A stretch of 64,000 nucleotides of DNA from Guillardia theta CCMP2712 (lineage: Eukaryota; Protista; Cryptophyta): NCBI RefSeq assembly GCF_000315625.1, contig NW_005434598.1, forward strand, positions 84,832 through 148,831, in the 5' to 3' direction. Position 1 is the first letter of the stretch. Every line of letters starts with the position of its first letter. The position numbers and the translations under genes were made by a program. Below are positions 25,037 to 37,600 of this stretch, piece after piece. Under the pieces are notes generated by a model, which was not told the DNA's origin, ran no database searches, and worked only from the letters and a program-made list of their open reading frames with translations.

Positions 25037-25867
25037 ATGTTGTCTCAACAATTCATTGTGCCCGTCTCTGCGTTGCTCTCAGTCCTATCTGATGAATGTC
25101 GGTGGTCTACCTGCTTTCTCTCGACGCTGGTGCCCTTGGCAACTCTCCAGCAAGCATCAAACTCTCAGAATCCAGAAGATTCTCTGAGGTTCCTCCTGAT
25201 CCTAGTCCTGGCCCTCTTCGTCGCAACGTTCGTGCAGTCCATGGTTGGAGTGCGGCAGGTGGTGAAGAGAGGAGATGTTGAAGGCGTCATCAGCGACCTC
25301 TTCTCCCTCCTCTTCACTGGAGCTGCTTCAGGGCATGCGATCCTTGCACTGAATGATCTCGGTCAACAGAACCAGTCAGCAGTCTTGTTTTTGATACTCC
25401 TCGACGGTGCACTGTTGGCCCTTGTTGGACATTTCTTTCTGAGAGGGACATGGCTGGTTGCAGCAGGCGTGCTAGGCGTGCTGTCGTTCCTACAGTACAG
25501 CAAAGAAGAGATGTCAAGGGTGCAGGAGGTTGCTCCAGCACTTGTCTTGTCGTGTCTTACTGCTGCTCCGCTCTCCAAGATCTACAACGACAACTTCGGG
25601 TAAGCGGCTTCGCAGCCTCTCACTGTCTTATCTGGTTGGGTTGTACTGACATGTGCTTTCCGATGAAAAGAAGAAGGCAAACTTCGATATCAAGCACGAT
25701 GGCACCTCTGCTCTTGTTCGGAAGGTGGATACTGTTTAGCTTCGTGTGTTTCTTCTACGCAAGCAGGGCATTTGCTTTCTTCTCTGCCGTACTTTAGCTC
25801 GGAGCAATTATAATAACAAACGTGACATTGCCTGACATGTCTAGTGGCTGGGGAAGAGAGAAGAGTA
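25037..25867 (+). CDS. Multi-pass membrane protein, possibly a divergent PQ-loop/MPDU1-like protein; spliced
   Basis: 188-aa hydrophobic exon ('RQVVKRGDVEG', 'PLSKIYNDNF') ending at a gtaagc donor, with further short exons. Confidence 0.45.
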
Positions 25868-26045
25868 GGAAACGATGGCCAAAATGCAGTCGGAGGCAGA
25901 TGCTGACAGAGGGAGGGGATCAGAGGATGCTGCAGGACTGAAAGGATGTGATGAAGTTGAAGTTTGCTACTTGTGCTTTATACACGTCTTGGACCTCCAA
26001 GACAACAAGAGTTACGTGGCACCCCATCAAGAAAATTCGATTCAT

Positions 26046-27277
26046 TCAACAGACATCCTCCGCCTCAGGCACGACCGGCATCTTCACATTGGAATCGATG
26101 TATGGAAGATTGAACTCCTGGACTGTGTCATTGCCCACGTATTGCACCTCTGTAAACTTGTCTTCACTGAAATTGGTCCTGTCCCTCTTGTAGAGCATGA
26201 GATGAGAAAACTTGAGCATTCCGGGGTATCTCTCAAACCCAAAGTTGTTGATGAAACGCAAGGCCGGAAACCTGGCGCTTTCAATGATGTTGTCGTTCAC
26301 TCTGTACTTTTTCTTGATCTCAGGGACGAGTTCCTCAATCTTCTTCAGCGACCCTTCTTCAGGAAGGACAAACGGAGACACTATGAGCATTCTTGCATCA
26401 TCCAAACTGGTTATAAGTTGCTCATCAGTCGCGGTGGCATCAAGAAACTTGACCTGCATCAACACATCAGCATCGTCCTCAGTCAAGTCATCTCTCACCC
26501 TCACGCCAGCTTTGCTAGCCCCCAACTGTGCTACGATGTTCTCTGCACAATCATGCCCCCACAGAACAAGGGAGTGCCTCTGCTTGAAGCCGACCTCATG
26601 AATGCCTTCAGCAAACGCGTTCACTTGCTTGTCGAGTTCCTTGTAAGTGAAACTGCAGCCCTTTGATCAGTTCTCGTCACCGAAGAGGATCAACGTGCAC
26701 AAGTGAGACAAGCCAGCCTGTTCAACAAAGCGATGCCGGGAGGCAAAACATGCCGATCCGCACAACATCGCAACAAAGAACTTCGATTTTCTGTCATCAA
26801 GGGAGCATGCAAATTCTTCTCGAGATCTTAAGCAGGATAAGAGAAATGCAGCAATAGAAAATGATACACACACATTTTCAATTTGCAGGATTGTTCAGCA
26901 ACCGGAACATGTAAGGGGAATGTAACAAAAAGATCAATGATAATGGAATTCTCAGACTATCCTCTCTTAGCAGGCACACCGCAGGTTGCATACACGCAAA
27001 GACAACGTCTCTTCAACTTCTCTCCTCAGAGACCAAAAATCTCCCAGCAACGTCAAGCTCGACACAGCCAACTGCTCAGGCAGCAGTGGAGGAGGCTCAG
27101 GAGGGGTTACGAGTGGGCAAGGGAGGCTCACAAGACAGGGTCGGCATCTTCTGTCGCCATCTTGAGCGCGTCCATGTGGGGGAACTCAGCACTCTTCTTC
27201 ACCAAGTCCTTGAGAGTTCGGGAACTCGCAACGAAGGCCATCGACCGACGGCCGAGGACGCGGCAGAGGCGCGGCAT
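26046..27277 (-). CDS. Short AMP-binding (ANL) N-terminal-domain protein, probably mitochondrial
   Basis: Exon 1 'MPRLCRVLGRRSMAF..EFPHMDAL'; exon 2 'FTYKELDKQVNAFAEGIHEVGFKQRHSLVLWGHDCAENIVAQLGASKAG..ARFPALRF..GMLKFSHL'. Confidence 0.7.
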
Positions 27278-27289
27278 GGCGCTGGTGAG

Positions 27290-27810
27290 GGTGATAGGGG
27301 TGGGGGTGGTGATGGTAAGCTCTTTTGGACGGGTACGCATCAAATCATATGAATTGAGGGGGTGGGGGTGATACAGTCTGTATATGGAAACGGTGGGGTA
27401 GTGATAGTCAGGGGTTCGTTCATCTGGTGTACGGGTTCTTTTTATATATTTTTTCATGCATTACCCTGGTAGGGTACTCAAAAGTACAACCCTTTGTGAA
27501 ACGATGGTCCATAAGGTCTCGTAATGGGGGTGGGGGTACACATTACAGGGGTAGGTACACAAATGACCCCACCGTCCTGGTGGAGCAGACATTCCTCGCA
27601 CCCTACCCCCATGGAGAAATATGGAGTTTACCCCACCCCCTATTTCCCCATACCAATGGTCCCCACCCCCCATTGTGAGGGCAAAATTGTTATTCATAAC
27701 CCTACCCTTTCTGTATTCATAGTACCCTCACTGTTTGATAACCCTACCCGTATGTTTTTCAACTACCCCCAAGCTCTACCCCCTTCAATCCCCTTCCAAG
27801 ATCCCCGACC
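27290..27810. promoter_or_regulatory. GGGTA/TACCC tract in a divergent intergenic region; strand polarity switches near 27565
   Basis: G-rich ggggta words up to ~27560, C-rich taccc words afterwards. Confidence 0.5.
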
Positions 27811-28145
27811 GAAGGTATGAAGAGTCGAGATATGGCGTGCCTGGTTGCGGCAAGATGGCAAGGAGGGGATGCGATGAGGGAGAGAGGAGGAAGACAGGAA
27901 GGGAGGAAGGGAGGTCAGAGGAAAGGCGGGAAAATGGGTCGAGATTGCGGTAACCAAGTGAAGTGATGCCAGAAATATTTTCAGAGAGAGAGAGTGAGAG
28001 AGTATAACGTGTGCGACGAGTCTGTTGACGGAGAGAGATTTATCATTATCGAGGGTGAAAGTCATGTTTGTTTCCCCAGAGTGGAGCCCCTCATACTGCT
28101 TCTTTGAGGACCTCTCTCGTCCTTGATTGGTGGTGTGGTTCAGGA

Positions 28146-28908
28146 ATGGGGGGGAACGCGTCGGTCCCACAAGTGCGAGCGAAAGATGTCAAACGTGCAT
28201 CGGATATCAAGCATGGCTGGCTGTGCAAGCGCGGTCTTACCAACACTCAACTTCAGCGACGGTCAGAATGATAACTCAAGCTGTTTGCTCTTCCTCGTCA
28301 TGGGTGGACTGACTCTGCGGCAGTTGGTGTGCCATACACGATCTGAGGCTCTACTACTTTGAGAACCCTCGAGTGAGAGCAGCTCGAGCTCAAGGAGCAT
28401 GTTGACGCTGATGTCAATGTTCAGAGTGAAGAGCCCAAGGGTGTTGTGAACTTGCGGGGAGCGATTGTCTCCGAGAGCAAAACCATCAAGCTTGCAATAG
28501 AAATACAAACAGGTCAACACGTGATAGTGCGTCTTGCTAGCTTTCTGAGAGCCTTGCAGGTGCCTTGATTGCGGACAAAGGGGTTGAAAAGCGTACCTAC
28601 GTCTTCACAACAGTTGGCTCAGGTTGGGTTAGGAGACCTCCATGACATGACATACTGATGCTCGGAACAGACGATAAGAAGATGAAGGGCGGGGAGGGAA
28701 TGAGCAAAGACGGTGTGCTCACTGTTCGTGAAAGACATGGTTGTTCTGACGGGGAAACTAGAGCGGTTGAGACAGCAGCGCAAATATGATAGGGAAAACC
28801 TTGAGAAGTGGCTGGTGAACTAAGAAAGTGTTGTTTGTCAGCCATTGACATGTTTTTTTACAGAAATGGTTACAAGAAGAGACGGCCAAGACTTTCGCGC
28901 CGTCGTAG
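28146..28908 (+). CDS. Small PH-domain protein with a putative N-myristoylation site; spliced
   Basis: 'MGGNAS..IKHGWLCKRGLTNTQLQRR|WCAIHDLRLYYFE' (PH beta1-3); terminal 'KWLQEETAKTFAPS*'. Confidence 0.75.
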
Positions 28909-28950
28909 TTGAGATAGATAGTCGTCACTCCCTGCCTCTCAGTCGGAGCC

Positions 28951-31014
28951 TCACTGGAATCGTGCGATGCGGCTGATGGAGATGGGATGGCCTAGAGGGA
29001 TTTTTGTCGTGTCAGCTCCTTGCGAGGAATGTTGGCTTGTAACATAAGCTACCGCAGTACGTGCAGGACCCGAAGAGCGTGTTGAAGGCTTGACGGCTGG
29101 TGGGGATGGCCTGCACCAGATGTCAGCTGATGCCGAGCTGAGCTCATGGCGCCGAACCCGCAGCCACTCGTAGAGGCAGGCGGCATGAAAGGGACGCGCG
29201 CCTGTAGCCAAGGCAAGAGTCAACTGTCAACCCTTAGATGCACCTGGTGGGTTACATTTGGAGTTGTCACAGACGATGTCGGGAATCTCTCCATCGAGCC
29301 GATACCTGCACGTATGACTTGAGCGAGGGAACATGTAACAAGCAACATCCACGTGTAGCAGATTGCACACTCGACGCTCAGCTCCTCCGCAACCACCGTC
29401 TGTTTGTTTGCCATCAGAGCCATTCAGGCAACGGACGTCTTGATGGTGGCTGACCTGCTTGGTGGGGAACTCGATCTCTAAGATGTTCTGCAAGTTTTGC
29501 AGCACGAATACTTTCATGTCCCAAAGCAGAAGCCTCTGATGATACGTGATCAGACGGAGGCGGGCACAGAAGTCAGGAAAAAAGTGGTTGAAAGGTGAGA
29601 GAGAGAGCGAGAGAGAGAAGGAAAGAGAGAGGGAGTGGGAGACGAAGAGTGAGCGAGTGAGAGGGAGGGAGGAAGTCTTGGAACAGAGGAAGTCAAGGGA
29701 GGATTTGAAAGGAGCTGCGAGGGAAGGACCTGGTTGAGTTTGTCTTTGAGTGGTAGGATGACCTAGATATCAAGCATGAGGAGACAAAACAAGCAGCTTG
29801 TGACATCTCACCGAATCAGCTCCGAGAAATCGAACTTCAGGCACACTCAAAGGATTCAAGATGGGTATGTCAACCTGCAACCATCAAGATAAGAGGTTAG
29901 CGCAGCTGATGACACTGTCGCACTTGTATCGAACAATGGTTCCCTATCGCGATTCTCCGAGACGCCAGGTCCCTTGTGGCAACACCTGAGCTGTATGATC
30001 ACTCGACTCATGTCGCAATGGGAAGATGTTGTACTTGGCTCTAGTACCCAAGAGTGCTGATCAATATCGTCCAGCACATCCCATAGCAGCTGAAATTGAT
30101 GTAGATGCTCCTGTAGAGACCAATATCACTCAGAAAAGCCCTGAGTTATCTGATCTCGCTCTTGTTCACCTCAAACTGTTCGATGACATTCCTCAAGGTA
30201 TACCCGTCCCTCCACCTGGCCATTCAACACTCTCAGCCCACAATCTTTGTAATCTACTGATGCAGCAGGACGGTTGCCCGATCTTTTGACTTGCAACACA
30301 GCCAACACCTACCTTAGGATGAAAGGAATCGGTGTTGCCCCTCGGCATACTGGAGGGTCGTGTGGGTAGGACATGTTGAGGTCCACCTCGACGACATGTG
30401 ATCTCTTCGCCGCATCCTCCACGGCAAACTTGACATTGTTAAAATCAGGATGCAAATCATGCACGCTGTTCCATCCTATCTCCTCAATCTCGGCCACAAT
30501 CGCCATCATCGTATCAGCACGGGGCGGAACTCTCGAAGTCATGTTGCTGGCGACTCTCTCGAGAATAATTTCCAGCTCCTCCACGAAGCTCTCAACGGAT
30601 TGACTCGATTTCAGTCTGTTGTTCACTGCGTTCATTTCCGCCCCTAGCACCTCGATCAAACCGTTCTCCATCTCTAGATGGAGTTTTCTTGACCCTGCTG
30701 TCTCTGATCTTGCCCTTGCAGTTTGCATCCTCCTCTCTGATATCCGAACGCGATAGCTCTCATCTTGCATGTTCGCGAAGCCACATTGCGCTGTACCTTC
30801 GAGGTCTTCAGGCACGAGCAGAAGGATTCCAGGCCTCCTGTTGGACCTGTTGAAATCAAGTCAAATAGAAGTATTTTGGCTGACGTTCTCCATGCTCTGA
30901 TCTCTATCTTTATCTCGATCCTCAGAAATCTGCTCCCCTTTCCTCCTCCTTCCCGCTCCTCCCCGCTCCTCCTTCCAGCTTCCCCCCCCCCCCCCCCCCT
31001 TCTCCTCCTCCTTA

Positions 31015-31091
<77 letters not shown>

Positions 31092-31092
31092 G

Positions 31093-31124
<32 letters not shown>

Positions 31125-31160
31125 ATCACCACCAGCAGCAGCGCTTCCGCCATACCTCAT
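28951..31160 (-). CDS. FANCL: E3 ubiquitin ligase FANCL; spliced
   Basis: 'FVEELEIILE', 'EIEEIGW..V', 'D..KRSH.....YP..PP', 'LDDIDQHSWVLEP', 'VLQNLQNILEIEFP' and RING 'ECAICY..RLDGEIPDIVCDNSKC.RPFHAACLYEWLR..FNTLFGSCTYC.HPI'. Confidence 0.93.
31014..31127 (+). repeat. (GTC/ATC)n microsatellite in the first intron of FANCL
   Basis: Direct repeat visible in the sequence. Confidence 0.9.
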
Positions 31161-31244
31161 GTTTGCTTGACCAGCCCACATCTCCTCTATGACCCGATTT
31201 GCCCTCATCCCCGTCCACGCCCACCTTCTTTCCACTTGCTATGC

Positions 31245-31585
31245 CAACCCCCTACGGTTTTGGGCCTAGCAGGGGGCTAGTCTGAGTCTGAGGGGGCAAC
31301 CCGGATAGGAAATGGGGGGTACTTTTGTGGTCACTAGGTGGGTAGGGGTTATTGTAGGGGGCTATTCGTAGTCTAATAGGGGGTTCGAGGAATGTTGACA
31401 CCGGTGTAGAAAAATCATGAGGAGAAAATAGGGTAGGGTGATATTAATTTATAGTTTAAGGTGGGTATTATATGCTGAAAAGGTAGGGTGAATTGTAATA
31501 TATGTGGGGTGATCTGTACAGTGGGTGGTACTTCATACGACCAAGGGGTGGGATTGAGAAGTTCATTGATGGGTGGGGTGGTAGC
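31245..31585. promoter_or_regulatory. GGGTA-rich tract upstream of FANCL
   Basis: 'gggggtac', 'gggtagggg' and 'gggtagggtg' words. Confidence 0.5.
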
Positions 31586-31734
31586 GAGCGCGAGAATGCA
31601 GGTAAAGCGTGCGCGGGAGGAAGGAGGGAAAAAGGGGGAGAAGAGAAGAGAAGAGAGGGAGGAGGAGAGGAGAAGGGAATGTGCAAACGAAGCCAGGAAG
31701 TGTTATTGGTGGTCAGGCATACCGATTGCATGAT

Positions 31735-34623
31735 CACTTTGTCAAACTTCCTAGAGTTGGAACTCCTCGTGCGGTCCTCCTGCCCCATAGCTTGATCGCA
31801 GTGTAAAGTTCTGACATGCTCGCTTGACATCATGCAAGTAAGCGTTATCGACACATGCACATACACGTGCTTGCTGTTTTTTCAAGCTTACGAGATTCTG
31901 TGGGACATCGCATAACATGCCGCACGTTAATCGGCAGCATGTCTTTTCATGCCCACTACAATGCAATCATTACGTGCTCTGGTTTTCGGCTCACCACTAC
32001 CTCTGCAGGCTCTCCTGGCCATTAGATCGCAAGCGCCGCAAACTCTCGGCCCATTGCGAGGCTTCTGTCGTTGTCCTCAAGAGTAGTACTGAGAGGAGGG
32101 TAAGGAGAAGAAATCGAGGGAGGAAGAGACCTCAGGTTGCGCTCGAGCACAGCTCGTGCTGCATCCGTCGATGGAGTTCCAACTGTGAAGCATCAGCTAG
32201 GGAGGAGAGGAGGAGAGGAGAGGAGAGGAGAGGAGAGGAGAGGAGAGGGGAGGGGAATGGGGAGAGGAGAGTAGTGTAGACTTCACCAGCGAAGCAGATC
32301 TGCGCGCCGCAGGAAACATGCGTAATGGAGAGGTCCATGGGCATGCTGACTCGACGTGGTTTGGACTGGAAGGAGGAGGGAGTTCAGGGAGAGCATGCGG
32401 GTCAAGATATCTTACCGAGAACAACAGCTGGTCTGTGTCCGCTGCTCGCGCCTGTGAAGCATTGGAACGATTGCACAGGTTGAGGTGTCATGTTTGTACG
32501 TGATATCCAAGTTGTCCAGATGTCGCTAGTCCCCAGGTGTAGAGTTTCCCATCATCTGTGATGTATGTTCAGGAAATGTTTATGTATGTTCAGGAAATGT
32601 TTTTGTATGTTCAGGAAATGTTTATGTATGTTCAGGAAATGTTTTTGTATGTACAAGGTGTTGTTATTAAAATGAAATTCATCAAGTTTGTACCTGTAAT
32701 GGCGCAAGAAAAACTCTCTCCCGCAGCAACCGTAGCCACATCTGCATCTTATAGAGATGTCATTGCTGAATTATCGTGCAAGCATGAAGAAGAACCAATG
32801 AAAACTTTTGTTGGAGCCTTGAGATGTTTTAGCTTGTCTTGCTGTTCCAACAGCTCCCCTGAAAGGACATTGTAAACGCTCTCAACTGATAATTGTTTGT
32901 ACCAGTCCGCTCTGAAACATGTCGATAAAACTCGTCGTCGTCATCATCATCGTAAAATCGTTCATCTCGATTTCGAACGTCCTTGTCTTTATCATCCACA
33001 ACAACAAGGTTGTCTTCGTTCCCGACGTTTTCTCCCCACCAATACAAGAAAGAAGTGCATCCCGCTTGTTTGTTCCCATCTCCTTGCTCCAAGTCTACAT
33101 CATTGTCTGTGCCTGCTCCTTCATTCTCATCATCGCGATCTTTTGTGATGATGGTATTATGCCGCACTCCTGCTGCCGCATCCACAACCCTATCAAAGTT
33201 GAATGAGAAGGAAGCAAGAAAAATCCGCTGAAAGTTCACAGCAGAAACAATCAGTCTCAATAGAAGCCTTGCCTTTCTGACGGTGAAATTTCCAGCCGAA
33301 ACGGGACATGCAAGAATTCTCCTTTGGGCTGGATGATGGGAATTAAAGATAATTGAGAAGTTAGAACAGAACGAGTGAGTTGCTGTTGTTGACAGCCATG
33401 CAGCATCTGTCAATTACCTCCTGTAGGTTGTAAGATTTCCAATCAACATCAGCGATGAAGTCGCCATCCACCTGAGAAGCAAAGAGTTTACAACGTGAAT
33501 GATGCACAAATCTAACGCGATCACAGTGACAAACCAGGAAGATCAGTAGTTCAAGTACAACTTGGATCGGTCAAGAGAGGGAAAGTAGACAGACAAATAG
33601 AAGATAAGATAGTCCTCATTTCACCTTAGCCGATATCAGTCCGAGCCTCCCTCCCTCCATACATCCCCACACGTAAAGAAAACCTGAATCAAAGAAGTAA
33701 TGAAATGAATGTCAACAATGACATGAAACAGAAATGAGAAAAGACAACGAGCAAAGCTTCGATTAGCAAATATGAAACGCTGAACATTTGCAACACGAAA
33801 GAGGACAAAATGTTGAAGAGAACAAAATTCTTGAGCAGAGCCCTTCCTGCTCCTGCTCCTGCCCCTCCATATCATCATCATCGTACTTATCATCATCAAC
33901 ATCGGCATCGGCATCACTATCACAACCACACTATCGGTATCATCTCAAACATCACTCTCTCAACATCTTCGAGCATCTCTCTTCACCTTCGACTGTCATC
34001 GCCATCGAATGTGCTTCCCCGCACGCAACATGTGTTGCTTCACAGCTAAGCCCTAGTTCCTCGCTCCTCGTGCTGTTCATCGTCCTCCAAACTTGCGTCG
34101 GGCGCGACACCATAGCTTCATTCCCATGCCCGAGTCGACCTGAATCGCCTGATCCCCAGGTGTACACAAACCCATTGTCTGCTAACATCACTGCAAGAAG
34201 AATGTCAATGTGAAACATCAACACCAAATATGAAAGTATTGGTGAAATATCTTAATTTTTCATCGTCATCGTCATCGTTATCGTCGTCTCCATCAGCAAC
34301 AAGAACAAGACCAAACCCAGGAACCAGAACAAGAACAAGAACAAGAACAAGAACAAGAACAAGAACAAGAACAAGAACAAGAACAAGAACAAGAACAAGA
34401 ACAAGAACCCAGTGGTCAATCAGTAGTCGAGGCTACTTACTTGCATGTTCTGGTCCAGCAGCAACATCAAGAACGAAGATGCTCTCTTGATTTCTTGTTT
34501 CAAGTTCGTTTCCTTTCCCTCTTTCTCTTACAACTCTGATTTGCTGAGGTCTCAAGATCTGCAAGATACATTGTATGAGATGAAACATCGCCTCCTCCTC
34601 CTCCTCCTTTTCTCCTGCTCCTG

Positions 34624-34658
<35 letters not shown>

Positions 34659-37600
34659 TGTCCTCATCCTCATCCTCATCCTCATCCTCGTCCTCGTCCT
34701 CCGTCCTCGTCCTCATCGTTTCTTTCCTTGCCATCCGATGACGGCCCATGCCCGAGCTGTGCACGTTGAAGTTACAGACGGTCGAACAGAGTGAAGAAAC
34801 AACCTGACCACAAGTGTTGAGACCCCAAGTGAACATCCTGTCTCATCGGCATCATGAACAACTCACCAGCTCCCCTCCCCTCCCCGCCCCTCCCCTCCTG
34901 TCCTCTCTTCTCTCCTCACCTTGCTTCTCTTCCCTCCTATCCTGTCCTGTCCTGTCCTGTCCTGTCCTGTCCTGTGCCTTCCCCTCCCCGCCCCTCCCCT
35001 CCTGTCCTCTCTTCTCTCCTCACCTCGCTTCTCTTCCCTCCTGTCCTGTCTTGTCCCCTCCCCTCCCCTCACCTCACCTCCCCTCCTATCCTCTCTTGTC
35101 TTCTCTCCGCTTTTCTCTCCCCTCGTCTCCCCTCTCCTCCCTCATCACCTTCCACGAGCAGTGACTGCTATCGTAAACCTGTCGCCACAAGCAACCTGCA
35201 TGGCCTCAATCACATTATGACAACTTGTTCTCCTAACTCACCGCAGTGAAAACATGTTCATAAGAGTCCATGAGCATGGTTTCTCCTATTCAATGTGAGG
35301 AAAGAGTAGAGCAAGATAAGAGAATTCATCGTGTGGTATCGTACACACAGTTGATGTAATGGTACATAAGTGTTGAGATGGAAAGTTGTTGATATGTTTC
35401 CATGTCTGACATCATTGCATGCTTGTTATCATGGTTTTGTTGTTGATAGTGTAGGCTATGGCATCTCAACCTTTTTGATTTACCTTCTTCGTTGAGAAAA
35501 GCTCTGATCATGTGAGGATTTCTGTTCCCATGATCATTTTCAGCGTCACCCTCATCGTCATTGTTGTCGTTCTCAATATTCTTGTCACAATCTTCCTCTT
35601 CCACCACCACCACCACCGCCGCCGCCGCCTCCTCCTCCTCCTCCTCCCCGCTCCTCCTCCTCCTCCTCCTCCTCCTCCTCCTCCTCCTCCTCCTCCTCCT
35701 CCTCCTCATCATCATCATCATCATCATCATCATCGTCGTCGTCGTCGTCGTCATCATCATCATCATCGTCATCATCATCATCATCATCATCATCATCGTC
35801 ATCTCCATCATCATTATCATCATCTCCATCGTCGTCGTCGTCGTCGTCATCATCATCATCACCATCATCATCATCTTCTTCATCTTCATCTCCATCATCT
35901 CCATCATCCAACATCTCAAACCTGAACGCTTTCACACTTGATCCGTGTCCAAGACCAACATGCAAATCATCACTCCCGACATGCCCAGTCCTCAGGCTCC
36001 AAGTGAACAACTCTCCTTCCATCGAGACACCAGCAATGTGATGTCGCCCGACAGAGATCTTTCCTTCACGTCAGCGTCTACCAACCATGAGTGCAGATTC
36101 ACTTGTTTGATGTTTTTGTGCATCAAAGCCTCCACACACTGGAAGAAAGGACTTCAGGAACTAAATCCTGCCTCCTCCTCCTCCTCCTCCTCCTCCTCCT
36201 CCTCTTTCGCTGCATGATGTCTCACCTGAGGTCTCCAGGAACGAAGTCCCCACTGAAGTAGAAAACTGCTCGGAGGAAGAGCCTGCGACAAGTATGAACG
36301 TTCAAGTGAAGCAGCGAGGGAGGAGGTCGAGGAGGACGAGGACGAGGACGAGGACGAGGAGGTCGAGGAGGACGAGGAGGTCGAGGAGGAGGAGGTGGTG
36401 GTGGTGGAGGTGCAGCAGCAGTAGCAGAACTTGTACCTCCACCAACACAGCATTCTCTTCAACCACAGCACTCCACTCCTACTGGATGTCAGAGACGTTC
36501 AAGGATACAAAGGAGGAGGACCTGTTGTGGTCGGCGGTAACGATTCACAAGCTCAGACATGTCTGGTAGTTCAAGAATCTGTTTGAAGAGACATTGATGA
36601 GAAGATGATGATGAATAGAACACATCTGTTGTGCTACCTGCTGGCAAGACAGTCTCGCCCCTGGATCTTTTTCCAGCAGTTTCGTGATCAGCGTTTCAAG
36701 AACATCGTCGAAGACACTTTCAATCACGGTTGACAACTTAGCAAACGAATTCTTGCAGATGCACATTGCCAACTGTTTGCAGACATGTCACTCCAGCAGG
36801 CAGGCAGGCAGGCAGGCAGGCAGACACAACATCATCTCTTTACCATAAACAATCTACCTCATCAAGCACAATACCAGAGTATTTGAGCAGGTATGGAAGG
36901 AAAATATTTACCTTGGACACATTCTTTGCTTGAAATGGTCTTGTCTTTGTGCACAACTCATACAAAGTGACTCCCAGAGCCTTCGTTTCATTACTGCAAC
37001 ACAACTACAAATTCGTATCATTACCCATGAATCCGCTTTCTCGAAATCTTTGCACAATCCCTGAAACAGCAGCACCTTACAAGACTTACACCAGAGCATT
37101 TTTCTTATCATGACCTACCAGCCAACACTCCGGTGCGAGATAGTATGGAGTGCCGACAATCCTTCCTGTAACAACCTCTTAATCACTATAGATCCCAGCC
37201 AAACGTCAGAGGCGCTATCCTCTCTCGCAGCACCGCTCCTCCTCTTCACTTCTTATCCCTTGCATCTCCTCGCTGGTTCCCCCCTCGCTCTCCTCTCCTC
37301 TCCTCTCCTCTCCTCTCCTCTCCTCTCCTCTCCTCTCCTCCTCTCCTCCTCTCCTCCTCTCCTCTCCTCTCCTCTCCTCTCCTCTCCTCTCCTCTCCTCT
37401 CCTCTGTCCTATCCCCTCCTCAACCTTTCTGCGTCGGATCATCCGTCCATCGTTGGTGCGGGTCCTTGTAGTTCGCATCTCTCAACCATCCTTCCCCAAG
37501 ATCTCCAACCTTGACAACCACAAAACTTGATATCAACAAGCACAACTCGATCGATCTGGACCTTGTCAACTCACCTTGACGCAATCGATATTTCGCAGAA

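Noticed and set aside
25875-26666. 263-aa + strand ORF (also 2368-3285 on - and 46793-47647 on -)
   Set aside because: Antisense shadows of better-supported genes on the opposite strand.
32561-32652. CRISPR-like array
   Set aside because: Contiguous repeats with no spacers, inside a eukaryotic intron, with no cas genes.
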